This document shows, piece after piece, positions 47,445-56,113 of a stretch of DNA of 64,000 nucleotides. The stretch comes from Chryseobacterium gleum (GTDB lineage: Bacteria; Bacteroidota; Bacteroidia; Flavobacteriales_F; PHOS-HE28), in NCBI GenBank assembly GCA_945872795.1, contig CAMCAZ010000002.1, positions 65,298-129,297 on the forward strand, given 5' to 3'. The notes beneath the pieces were generated by a model that searched no databases, was not told the DNA's origin, and saw nothing but the letters and a program-made list of their open reading frames with translations. A program made the position numbers and the translations under genes. Every line of letters starts with the position of its first letter. The first letter of the stretch is position 1.

Positions 47445-49145
47445 ATGCCGGGCTCCACCATCCGTCGGTTCCATGTAGCACTGTGGGCCGCCCTCAGCGG
47501 TCTGCTGTGGGCAATGGCCTGGCCCGGCATCGGAGGGCTCAGCGCAGTGGCCTTTCTGGCCTGGGTCCCCCTGCTCCGCGCCGAGCAGTTGCACGATGAG
47601 CGTACGGCCGGACGACGACGTGCTTTTGTTCCCTATGTGCTGCTGGCGGTCTTCGTTTGGAATGCGGCCACCTCCTGGTGGTTCTTCCTGGTGAGCGAGC
47701 CCCTCTCCACACGCCTGATCAGCGGTTTGTCGCCCATGACGGTGAACGCCCTGCTCATGTGCGTGCCCTGGTTCCTCAAACGCTCGGTGCGTCGTTTTGG
47801 GGCCGAGCGCTTTTCGTTCGTCGCGCTCGTCATCTTCTGGCTTGCGTTGGAACGCATCCACCACGGCTGGGACCTGAAGTGGCCCTGGTTCACCATGGGC
47901 AATGTGTTCGCCACCAGGCCCCATTGGGTGCAGTGGTATGAGTACACCGGCGTTCTGGGTGGCTCGCTGTGGATCTGGCTGGTGAACCTGCTCCTGTTCC
48001 GCATCTGGCGTGCACGCTGCAGGGAACATGCTTGGGCCATACGCCCCATCGTGGCGTTTGGCGCAATGGTGCTGGTACCCATCATACTCTCCATCTGGCG
48101 GGCGGAGACCTATGAGGAACAGGGCCCGGTCGTGGAGGTGGTGATCGTCCAGCCGAACATCGACCCCTACACGCAGAAGTTCGGGGGCATGGATCCCATG
48201 GTCCAGCTGGATTCCATGTTGCATCTGGCCGAAGGGGTGCTTACCCCCGCCACCCGACTGGTAGTGATGCCCGAGACCGCCTTGCAGGAGGATGCCACCA
48301 TGGACCTGCGTGGGACGAAGCCGGAGCTGCATGGGCTGTGGGAGAACGACCTTCAGCGATCACGGAGCGCTGAGCGCATCCGCACATTCCAGGAGACATA
48401 TCCCAAGGTCGCGGTACTGACCGGCATGTCCTCGGCCTATCTCTTCGACATCGGGGCTGAACTGCCCGTGAGCGCTCGTCGGGTGCAGGGAACGGACCTG
48501 TGGTACGAGGCCTACAACGCGGCCCTGTTCCGACCGGTGAACGGACCTGTGGAGCACTACCACAAATCGAAACTGGTGGCCGGGGTGGAGATGATGCCGT
48601 TCGAACGTGTCCTTGGTAGGTTGAGCGCATTGTCGGTGGACCTGGGTGGCACCAGTGGTTCCTTGGGCCTGCAGGAAGAACGCAGCGTGTTGCGGGATAG
48701 CACCTCGGGTTTGGCGGTCATTCCGGCCATCTGCTACGAATCGGTGTTCGGCGAACATGTGGCGGCCCATGTGCGCAATGGCGGAAACGTGATCGCCATC
48801 ATGACCAACGACGGCTGGTGGGGCGACTCCCCCGGCCCCGTCCAGCACCTCGGTTTCGCATCCTTGCGGGCTATCGAGACGCGGCGCTCCATCGCCCGTT
48901 CGGCCAACACGGGCATCTCCTGCTGGGTGGATCAACGGGGTGTGATCCATGACCCCACGGCATGGTGGGAACCCACGGCCATCCGTGCTTCCTTGAGGCT
49001 GAATGAGGAACGCACCTTTTTCGTGCGGCACGGTGATCTCGTCGGCCGCTCGGCGATCATCCTGTCCATCCTTCTGTTGCTCTGGATCATGGTCCGTTGG
49101 GTACAGCACAAGCGATCGATGTCGGTCCCGTCAGATGTGCGGTGA
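47445..49145 (+). CDS. lnt: Apolipoprotein N-acyltransferase
   Basis: VQPNIDP, catalytic E (PETA), K (HKSKLV) and C (ICYES), TNDGWW, RAIETRR, RSANTGIS. Confidence 0.92.
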   Translation: MPGSTIRRFHVALWAALSGLLWAMAWPGIGGLSAVAFLAWVPLLRAEQLHDERTAGRRRAFVPYVLLAVFVWNAATSWWFFLVSEPLSTRLISGLSPMTVNALLMCVPWFLKRSVRRFGAERFSFVALVIFWLALERIHHGWDLKWPWFTMGNVFATRPHWVQWYEYTGVLGGSLWIWLVNLLLFRIWRARCREHAWAIRPIVAFGAMVLVPIILSIWRAETYEEQGPVVEVVIVQPNIDPYTQKFGGMDPMVQLDSMLHLAEGVLTPATRLVVMPETALQEDATMDLRGTKPELHGLWENDLQRSRSAERIRTFQETYPKVAVLTGMSSAYLFDIGAELPVSARRVQGTDLWYEAYNAALFRPVNGPVEHYHKSKLVAGVEMMPFERVLGRLSALSVDLGGTSGSLGLQEERSVLRDSTSGLAVIPAICYESVFGEHVAAHVRNGGNVIAIMTNDGWWGDSPGPVQHLGFASLRAIETRRSIARSANTGISCWVDQRGVIHDPTAWWEPTAIRASLRLNEERTFFVRHGDLVGRSAIILSILLLLWIMVRWVQHKRSMSVPSDVR

Positions 49146-49205
49146 TCCCTGCGGTCGGTCGCTGGATGCGTTGTCCGTCACGGTCTCCGAGGTCTTCGCG
49201 CAACG

Positions 49206-50465
49206 ATGCCAAGGTGCGCTCCGATAACTTGGTCCCCTGTGCGAAGGACCATTCCCCTCGGTTCCCAGGTACCGGCGATCCCGGCGGTGCTGCGTGAGCA
49301 TGCTCATTTCCTGTATCGCCGGACCGCCGATCAGGCACGCGCCGTACTGGGGATCGGTGCGGTCGCACATGCACCAGCGCCCACGTTCGACGTCCACGGC
49401 AAAGCCACGGACTGGTACTTCGGACACCTCTGTTATGAATGGGTCGATCCGAAGGGGCAGGTCATGGATAGAATGGATGGGCTCCCCAATTCGGACTGGT
49501 GGGTGCCCCGGTGGGTGGTGGAATGGGTGAACGGAGAAGCCGTCCTGCACGCGAGGGTGGGTGATGAAGAGGCGACGGATGCCCTGATCGCGCGGATCCA
49601 CGAGCCGGTGGAGGACGATGGCCGTTCCCTGCGTTCGCCATGGCAGGTGCGCACATCCCGCGAAGAACATCTCGAGCGCACCAAGGTGCTGATGCAGCAC
49701 ATCCAGCGGGGCGACATCTATGAGGTGAACTATTGCACGGAACGCACCTCGGATTGGTCCGCCATCGATCCCTTCCTGGCCTTTGTCCGGCTGTTGCGAC
49801 GGTCCGAAGCCCCCTTCGCCGCCTTCCATCGTCACGGGGAGCACTTCGCCCTGTGCGCAAGTCCCGAACGCTACCTGGCCATGGACGGCGACCGTGTGGT
49901 GGGCGAGCCCATGAAGGGCACGCGGCCGCGTGCGAGCGATCCGGTGGAGGACGAGCGCCTGCGCCAGGAACTGATGTCCGATGCCAAGGAGCGAAGCGAG
50001 AACATCATGGCGCTGGATGTGATGCGGCATGACCTGTCGCGCATCGCCCGGCCGGGCAGTGTGCGCGTGGAAGCCCTCTGTGCCGTTCGGAGCTATCCAC
50101 GGGTGCATCAACTGGTCAGCACGGTCTCCGCGCTCAGGGCGGATCGGTTCTCGGCCTTTGATGTGGCGCGCATCGCATTCCCCATGGCCAGTATGACCGG
50201 TGCGCCGAAGGCCCGGGCCATGGAGCTCATCCAGGAAGCCGAATGCGGCGGGAGAGGGCTCTTCAGCGGATCGTTGGGTTATTTTTCACCCCATGGAGAT
50301 GCGGACCTGAACGTGGTGATCCGCGCCGTGCTGTTCAACATGGCCACCGGACATGCCTCCCTGCGTACGGGCAGTGCGCTCACGGCGCGCTGCGAGCCGG
50401 CCCTGGAGTGGGAGGAGTGCGAGTTCAAAGCGCGTTCGGTCATCGAAGCCCTGGAACATGCGTGA
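49206..50465 (+). CDS. pabB: Chorismate-binding enzyme (aminodeoxychorismate synthase component I-like)
   Basis: GDIYEVNYC, ASPERYL, PMKGTRPR, KERSENIM..D..RHDL, FPMASMTGAPK, RGLFSGSLG; start codon uncertain. Confidence 0.75.
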   Translation: MPRCAPITWSPVRRTIPLGSQVPAIPAVLREHAHFLYRRTADQARAVLGIGAVAHAPAPTFDVHGKATDWYFGHLCYEWVDPKGQVMDRMDGLPNSDWWVPRWVVEWVNGEAVLHARVGDEEATDALIARIHEPVEDDGRSLRSPWQVRTSREEHLERTKVLMQHIQRGDIYEVNYCTERTSDWSAIDPFLAFVRLLRRSEAPFAAFHRHGEHFALCASPERYLAMDGDRVVGEPMKGTRPRASDPVEDERLRQELMSDAKERSENIMALDVMRHDLSRIARPGSVRVEALCAVRSYPRVHQLVSTVSALRADRFSAFDVARIAFPMASMTGAPKARAMELIQEAECGGRGLFSGSLGYFSPHGDADLNVVIRAVLFNMATGHASLRTGSALTARCEPALEWEECEFKARSVIEALEHA

Positions 50466-51780
50466 ACGGGTGGCCCGCACCATTGCCCGCCATGCACTGC
50501 TGCAACCGGGCGAAGCGCTGTGGGTGGCGGTAAGCGGCGGTGTGGACAGCATGGTGCTCCTCCACGTGCTGCGCTCATTGGGCCATCCCGTTCAGGTGGT
50601 GCATGTGGACCATGGACTCCGCGGTCCGGAAAGCGATGCCGACCGGGCCTTGGTTCGGGATCACTGTGCCCAACACGGCATCCCGTTCCATGTGGAAGCG
50701 GTGGATGTGCGGGCGGCCATGGAGCGCATGGGCGGCTCGGTGCAGATGGCCGCGCGCGTGGAACGGTATGCGGTCTTCGAACGCCTGATGAACAGCGGTG
50801 CGCACAAGCTGGCCATGGCCCACCACGCGGATGATGTGGTGGAGACCGCGCTCATGAACCTCCTGCAGGGAATGGGTCAACATGGCTGGAAGAGCATTCC
50901 TGTCAAACGCGCCGGTTTCATCCGTCCGCTGATCGATCAGGACCGTGCCGCCATTGAGCGTTACGCCGCCGAACATGGAATTCCCTTTCGGACGGATGCC
51001 AGTAACACAGATCCGAAGTACCTCCGTAGCCGGGTGCGCAGCACCTTGCTACCCATGTTGGAGGAACTGAGGCCCGGTGTCCGTGAAGTGCTCCATCGCA
51101 ACATGCGGCTCGCCCGCGAACTGGATGTGCTGGCCCAAGAACGCTCGGCGGAACTGCTGCGCAGCGTTCGGACCGATGAGGATGGGGTGCGACATCTGCC
51201 TGCGGAGCTGCTGCTGAAAAGCGGCGCTCCCCACGCCCTGCTGCTGACCTTGTTGGAGGGTGAAGGATTCCACCCCGATCGCATCGAGGCCATGGTCACA
51301 GCGCTGGAGGATGGTCGTGTGGGAAGCAGCTTCTTTGGGAATGATGTGCTTGTCCACGTGGACCGGAGCGAACTGGTCCTCGCCCCGCTGCCGACCGAAT
51401 CACCAAGTTGGACCATCAACGATCTCGCTCATCCTCCGCATGGCCTGCCCATGGCCATCGATCACGTGGATGCCTCCGACATCGGCGTCGGTCTCGTACC
51501 CACCAACGTGGTGGCCTGGTTCGATGCCTCTGCAATCGCACTTCCGCTGGAACTCCGTCCGTGGCGACAGGGCGATCGCATGCAGCCCGCAGGCATGGCG
51601 GGGACCAAGCTCATCAGCGATGTCCTGATCGATGCCAAGGTGCCCCTCTACCGGAAACACCGGGTGTATGTGCTCGCCGACCGCGAACGCATCCTGTGGT
51701 GCTGCGGCCTGCGCATGGCCGATGCGACCAAGGCCGATCCTGCCACGGGACGGGTGGTCCGGTTCATCTGGCAAGGCTGA
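50458..51780 (+). CDS. tilS: tRNA(Ile)-lysidine synthetase
   Basis: AVSGGVDSMVL, HVDHGLRG, AHHADD..ET, IRPL, DASN, LRPWRQGDRM. Confidence 0.93.
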   Translation: MRERVARTIARHALLQPGEALWVAVSGGVDSMVLLHVLRSLGHPVQVVHVDHGLRGPESDADRALVRDHCAQHGIPFHVEAVDVRAAMERMGGSVQMAARVERYAVFERLMNSGAHKLAMAHHADDVVETALMNLLQGMGQHGWKSIPVKRAGFIRPLIDQDRAAIERYAAEHGIPFRTDASNTDPKYLRSRVRSTLLPMLEELRPGVREVLHRNMRLARELDVLAQERSAELLRSVRTDEDGVRHLPAELLLKSGAPHALLLTLLEGEGFHPDRIEAMVTALEDGRVGSSFFGNDVLVHVDRSELVLAPLPTESPSWTINDLAHPPHGLPMAIDHVDASDIGVGLVPTNVVAWFDASAIALPLELRPWRQGDRMQPAGMAGTKLISDVLIDAKVPLYRKHRVYVLADRERILWCCGLRMADATKADPATGRVVRFIWQG

Positions 51781-51862
51781 GCCGGGAAGTTCGCGCTGCC
51801 CGAAAAGTTGGGATCGGTCCAAGCTTGTACTAACTTCAAGGTTCCTCAACCCCCCCAACGTC

Positions 51863-52153
51863 ATGATTGACAGTCGCGCAACCCTGATCCCCAAGGAGCA
51901 TATCCCGGCACTGCGTTTCCCCCAGGTACCGGTGGCGATCACCGTGGACCAACGACGGGCCATCCTCAGCACCCTGAAGATCGCCACACGGCTGGGCAAC
52001 GGTGAGCATGGTAAGTGCCGCATCCTGTTCCAGGACGATCAGGGATTGAAGGCCGTGGAGACCACCATCTGGACCTATGACCCCGAGAACATCGTGCTGA
52101 AGTACGGGACCACGATACCCGTTTACAGGGTCGTGAGCATTGACATTCCTTAA
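51863..52153 (+). CDS. Hypothetical protein (96 aa), Bacteroidota-type
   Basis: ATG 51863; IPKEHI..LRFP, ATRLGN.EHGKCRI.F, VETTIW, LK.G..IP. Confidence 0.75.
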   Translation: MIDSRATLIPKEHIPALRFPQVPVAITVDQRRAILSTLKIATRLGNGEHGKCRILFQDDQGLKAVETTIWTYDPENIVLKYGTTIPVYRVVSIDIP

Positions 52154-52221
52154 CATTGGCGGGGCCTCATAGGATCGCAAGGATCTTGGCAAGCACTTGG
52201 CGAACGCTGTCAGGTGCTGGC

Positions 52222-52229
52222 TAGCTTTG
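52222..52229 (+). promoter_or_regulatory. -7 promoter box TAGCTTTG for the dsbD operon
   Basis: TAnnTTTG 15 nt upstream of ATG 52245. Confidence 0.55.
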
Positions 52230-52244
52230 CGACCGTTGTAAGCC

Positions 52245-52700
52245 ATGATCGCCGCACTCATCCTATTCCTCGGGCTGGCCCTGCCCCAACCTTCGACACC
52301 TGTCGATTGGAAGTTCAGCGCCGTGCTGCGGGCGGATGGAACGGTGGAGGTCCGCTGTGATGCCCGGCTTGATGAAGGCTGGCATGTGTATGCCACCGAA
52401 CTTCCCAGCACGGACGGGCCCATCGCGACCTCCATCCGCATCACGCCATCCGCATCATACGGCGCGGTGATCGCGCTCGAAGAGCCCGCACCGAAGGAGG
52501 AGTACGACCCGAACTTCGGAATGGTCGTGCGCTACCACGCCGGTACGCCACGCTTCGTCGTCCTGTTGAAACCCGCCACCGCCGAAACATTCACGGTTAA
52601 AGGCGAGGTGGAGTACATGGTCTGTAACGACAAGACCTGCCTGCCACCGGTCGTAGTACCCTTCGATGTGCCTGTCCAGGCAGAATCCCCGAAACGATGA
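52245..52700 (+). CDS. Stand-alone DsbD N-terminal domain protein
   Basis: PVDWKFS, GWHVYA, GPIAT, GEVEYMVCNDKTCLPP. Confidence 0.82.
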   Translation: MIAALILFLGLALPQPSTPVDWKFSAVLRADGTVEVRCDARLDEGWHVYATELPSTDGPIATSIRITPSASYGAVIALEEPAPKEEYDPNFGMVVRYHAGTPRFVVLLKPATAETFTVKGEVEYMVCNDKTCLPPVVVPFDVPVQAESPKR

Positions 52701-54754
52701 TGTATCGCATTCTTCTCGCACTGAGCTCAGTGCTGTTGGCCGGGCTTCTGAACGCCCAGATGCCGGGTCAGGAGGCCGCTCCCGATCCCGTGAAATGGTC
52801 CATCACCTCGAAGTCCGTGGGGGAGGGCGCCTGGGAGCTTGTGTTCCGGGCCGACATCCAATCCGGATGGTCCGTGTATTCCCAAGTGAACTACGGGGAC
52901 ATGGGTCCCTGGCCGACCTCCGTCGTCATTGACTCCATCGGTGGCGTGCAGGTCGTGGGCGAGGTTGCTGAGACCGGGGAAAAGGTCATCGACGGCCATG
53001 ACCCGGTCTTCGACATGCAGGTGAAGAAGTTCAAGGGCTGGGCCACCTTCACCCAACGCATCAGCACCAAGGATGCCGCCACACCGGTCACCGGCCACTT
53101 CGAGTACATGACCTGTGATGATGAGATGTGCCTGCCGCCCGCCACGGTATACTACATCCTCGGGCTGGGCTCGGGGACCTATGAGCTGGGCGACATCTCC
53201 TTCGACCCCAATGACCCGAAGTTCGCCGGGATCAGCACCCGCACGGATGCGGCCGAACTGAAGATGCCGAACGTGGACCTGGAGAACCCCGTGGTGCGCG
53301 ACGCCGGACTTCGCAAGGACGATGAAAGTTCCCTGCTGTGGATCTTCATGCTGGGATGCATCGGCGGTCTGGTGGCCCTGCTCACGCCCTGTGTGTTCCC
53401 CATGATCCCCCTCACGGTGAGCTTCTTCACCAAGAGCAGCCAGGACCGTGCATCGGGCTTGAAGAACGCGCTCACCTACGGCGGCTTCATCCTGCTCATC
53501 TACCTCATCTTCAGCCTGCCCTTCCACCTCCTCGGCAGCGTGAACCCCGAGATCTTCAACGAGATCAGCACCAACCCCTGGCTCAACATTTTCTTCTTCG
53601 TCATCTTCATCATCTTCTCCATCTCGTTCTTCGGCTACTTCGAGATCACCCTGCCGAGCAGTTGGGTGAACAAGATGGACTCCAACGCCAGCAAGTTCGG
53701 CGGCCTCATCGGCACCTTCTTCATGGCGCTCACCCTCGCGCTGGTGTCGTTCAGCTGCACGGGTCCCATCCTCGGGTCCCTGCTGGCCGGAGCGCTCACG
53801 GCCGATGGCGGTGCCTGGCAGTTAACCGCCGGCATGGGTGGCTTCGGCTTCGCGCTGGCCCTGCCCTTCGGCCTCTTCGCGCTCTTCCCTGGATGGTTGA
53901 ACAGCCTGCCCCGCAGCGGCAGCTGGCTCAATAGCGTGAAGGTGGTGCTTGGCTTCGTGGAAGTGGCCCTGGCGTTCAAGTTCCTCAGCATGGCCGATCT
54001 GGTGATGAAATGGGGCCTGATCCCCTACGAGCTTTTCCTGACCATCTGGGTGCTGTGCGGCCTCGGCATCGTACTGTACCTGCTCGGCAAGATCAAGTTC
54101 CCCCACGATAGCCCGGTGAAGAAGTTCTCCGCCTCACGCATCGCCTTCATCGCCATTTTCTTCGGCATCACCGCCTACATGTCCTATGGCTTCCGCTATG
54201 ATGACAAGGCCAAGACCTTCGCTCCGGTGGGCCTGCTCAGCGGCATCTCGCCATCACCGGGCTACAGCTGGATCTATCCCACCGAATGCCCGGCAGGCCT
54301 GACCTGTTTCCACGACCTGGAGAGCGGCCAGGCCGAGGCGAAACGCACCGGCAAGCCCATGCTCGTGGACTTCACGGGATATGGTTGCGCGAACTGCCGG
54401 AAGATGGAGGACTACGTGTGGCCCGTGCCGGACATCAATCGGGTGATCAACGACGAGTTCGTCCTGGTGTCGCTCTATGTGGATGCGAAATCCGAACTGC
54501 CGAAAGAGGAGCAGTTCATCTATGAGACCAGCAACGGCACCAAGAAACCGATCCTCACCATCGGGAACAAATGGGCCACGCTGCAGACCGAGACCTTCAA
54601 GAGCGCCACCCAGCCCTTGTATGCGCTGCTCAGCCCGGATGGTGAGCTCCTCACCGATCCTGTGGGATACACGCCCGCCGTGGAGGACTACAAGGCCTTC
54701 CTGGAACGCGGTCTCCAAGGCATGCAGGTACTGGGCGGGCAGGCCTCACGCTGA
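52697..54754 (+). CDS. dsbD: Thiol:disulfide interchange protein DsbD
   Basis: N-domain CDDEMCLPP, TM domain LTPCVFPMIP and SFSCTGP, thioredoxin domain DFTGYGCANCRKME. Confidence 0.9.
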   Translation: MMYRILLALSSVLLAGLLNAQMPGQEAAPDPVKWSITSKSVGEGAWELVFRADIQSGWSVYSQVNYGDMGPWPTSVVIDSIGGVQVVGEVAETGEKVIDGHDPVFDMQVKKFKGWATFTQRISTKDAATPVTGHFEYMTCDDEMCLPPATVYYILGLGSGTYELGDISFDPNDPKFAGISTRTDAAELKMPNVDLENPVVRDAGLRKDDESSLLWIFMLGCIGGLVALLTPCVFPMIPLTVSFFTKSSQDRASGLKNALTYGGFILLIYLIFSLPFHLLGSVNPEIFNEISTNPWLNIFFFVIFIIFSISFFGYFEITLPSSWVNKMDSNASKFGGLIGTFFMALTLALVSFSCTGPILGSLLAGALTADGGAWQLTAGMGGFGFALALPFGLFALFPGWLNSLPRSGSWLNSVKVVLGFVEVALAFKFLSMADLVMKWGLIPYELFLTIWVLCGLGIVLYLLGKIKFPHDSPVKKFSASRIAFIAIFFGITAYMSYGFRYDDKAKTFAPVGLLSGISPSPGYSWIYPTECPAGLTCFHDLESGQAEAKRTGKPMLVDFTGYGCANCRKMEDYVWPVPDINRVINDEFVLVSLYVDAKSELPKEEQFIYETSNGTKKPILTIGNKWATLQTETFKSATQPLYALLSPDGELLTDPVGYTPAVEDYKAFLERGLQGMQVLGGQASR

Positions 54755-54867
54755 GCCGCGGGAAGAACTTTGCAAGGGGACATTTCCTCCTTGCTTGGAT
54801 TTTCGTCAGAACATTGCCATATTATCCACCGGTCGATTGACGAATAATCCGTCAGGCGGTCGGTAGC

Positions 54868-55395
54868 ATGGTAGCAGAAGCATGGCCTGAAGAGGCGATC
54901 GCCGCGCGCATCCATTGGATCCGTGGGCAAAAGGTGATGTTGGCGCACGACCTGGCGCTGTTGTATGACGTGCCCACCAAGCGCTTGAATGAGCAGGTGA
55001 AGCGGAACATCGACCGGTTCCCGGCGGACTTCATGTTCCTGCTCGACGGAAACGAATGGGACATCTTGCGGTCGCGATCTGCGACTTCAAGATCATGGGG
55101 AGGTCGGCGCACACCGCCCTTTGCTTTCACCGAACACGGAGTGCTCATGCTTTCCAGTGTGCTCAACAGCGAACACGCCATCGCGGTGAACATCCGGATC
55201 ATGCGGGTCTTCGTACGGCTCAACCGCATCCTGCAGAACGATCTGGAGCTGCAGCTCCGTGTGGAGCGCATGGAGGGTCGGCAGGAGCGGACGGATGATG
55301 CTCTCGGTGAGCTCTTCGAAGCCGTGAAACAGCTCATGGAGGGACCCTTGGGCGACCGCCTGCGGATCGGGTACAAGGGTGGCGATCCCATTTGA
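54868..55395 (+). CDS. ORF6N domain DNA-binding protein
   Basis: IRGQKVML..DLA.LYDVPTKRLNEQVKRNIDRFP.DFMF.L, PFAFTEHGVLMLSSVLNS..AI.VNI.IMR.F, RIGY. Confidence 0.9.
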   Translation: MVAEAWPEEAIAARIHWIRGQKVMLAHDLALLYDVPTKRLNEQVKRNIDRFPADFMFLLDGNEWDILRSRSATSRSWGGRRTPPFAFTEHGVLMLSSVLNSEHAIAVNIRIMRVFVRLNRILQNDLELQLRVERMEGRQERTDDALGELFEAVKQLMEGPLGDRLRIGYKGGDPI

Positions 55396-55410
55396 TGCAT
55401 CTTTGGAACA

Positions 55411-56013
55411 ATGAGCACCGACCGCATCCGATCGCACTTCACCGAAGCCGGTGATGTGCTCCAGCGCTTCCTGGCCGACCCCGCCAACATCGCCGCCGTG
55501 GAGCAGGCTGCCGCCTTCATGAGCTACTGCCTCAAGCAGGGCGCCAAGATCATCAGCTGCGGCAACGGCGGAAGCATGTGCGATGCCATGCACTTCGCGG
55601 AAGAGCTCACCGGCCGATACCGCGATGACCGCGGTCCGATCGCGGCATTGAGCATCAGTGACCCCAGCCACCTGACCTGCGTGGGGAACGATCATGGCTT
55701 CGACCAGGTGTTCGCACGCTTCGTGCAGGCGCACGGCAGGGAAGGAGACGTGCTGCTCGCCATCAGCACCAGCGGAAACAGCACGAACGTGTTGAAGGCC
55801 GCCGAGGTGGCCCGTGACAAGCACATGCACGTGATCGGTCTCACCGGCAAGGACGGTGGCAAGCTCGCCGACCTCTGCACCGTGGAGATCCGCGTGCCCC
55901 ACGCCGGCTATGCCGACCGTATCCAGGAGGTGCACATCAAGGTGATCCACGCCTTCATCGATCACATCGAACGCGACATGGCCGAACCACGCCGTCGTGA
56001 CCCCAACGCTTGA
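55411..56013 (+). CDS. gmhA: D-sedoheptulose 7-phosphate isomerase
   Basis: [49 protein letters not shown]. Confidence 0.93.
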   Translation: MSTDRIRSHFTEAGDVLQRFLADPANIAAVEQAAAFMSYCLKQGAKIISCGNGGSMCDAMHFAEELTGRYRDDRGPIAALSISDPSHLTCVGNDHGFDQVFARFVQAHGREGDVLLAISTSGNSTNVLKAAEVARDKHMHVIGLTGKDGGKLADLCTVEIRVPHAGYADRIQEVHIKVIHAFIDHIERDMAEPRRRDPNA

Positions 56014-56113
56014 TCGATGGGTTCCATTGGCATCATCCACTATCCCCGTATCCGCATAGGTCGACAAGATGGGTCGGCGCTGAAGCGGCTTTGGGTGTGA
56101 TCGACCATCAGCC

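Noticed and set aside
52245..54754. Split or frameshifted dsbD
   Set aside because: dsbD has its own signal peptide and complete N-domain; the upstream gene is an intact separate paralogous domain.
54755..55410. Prophage around ORF6N
   Set aside because: No integrase, structural genes or att-like repeats; both neighbours are housekeeping genes.
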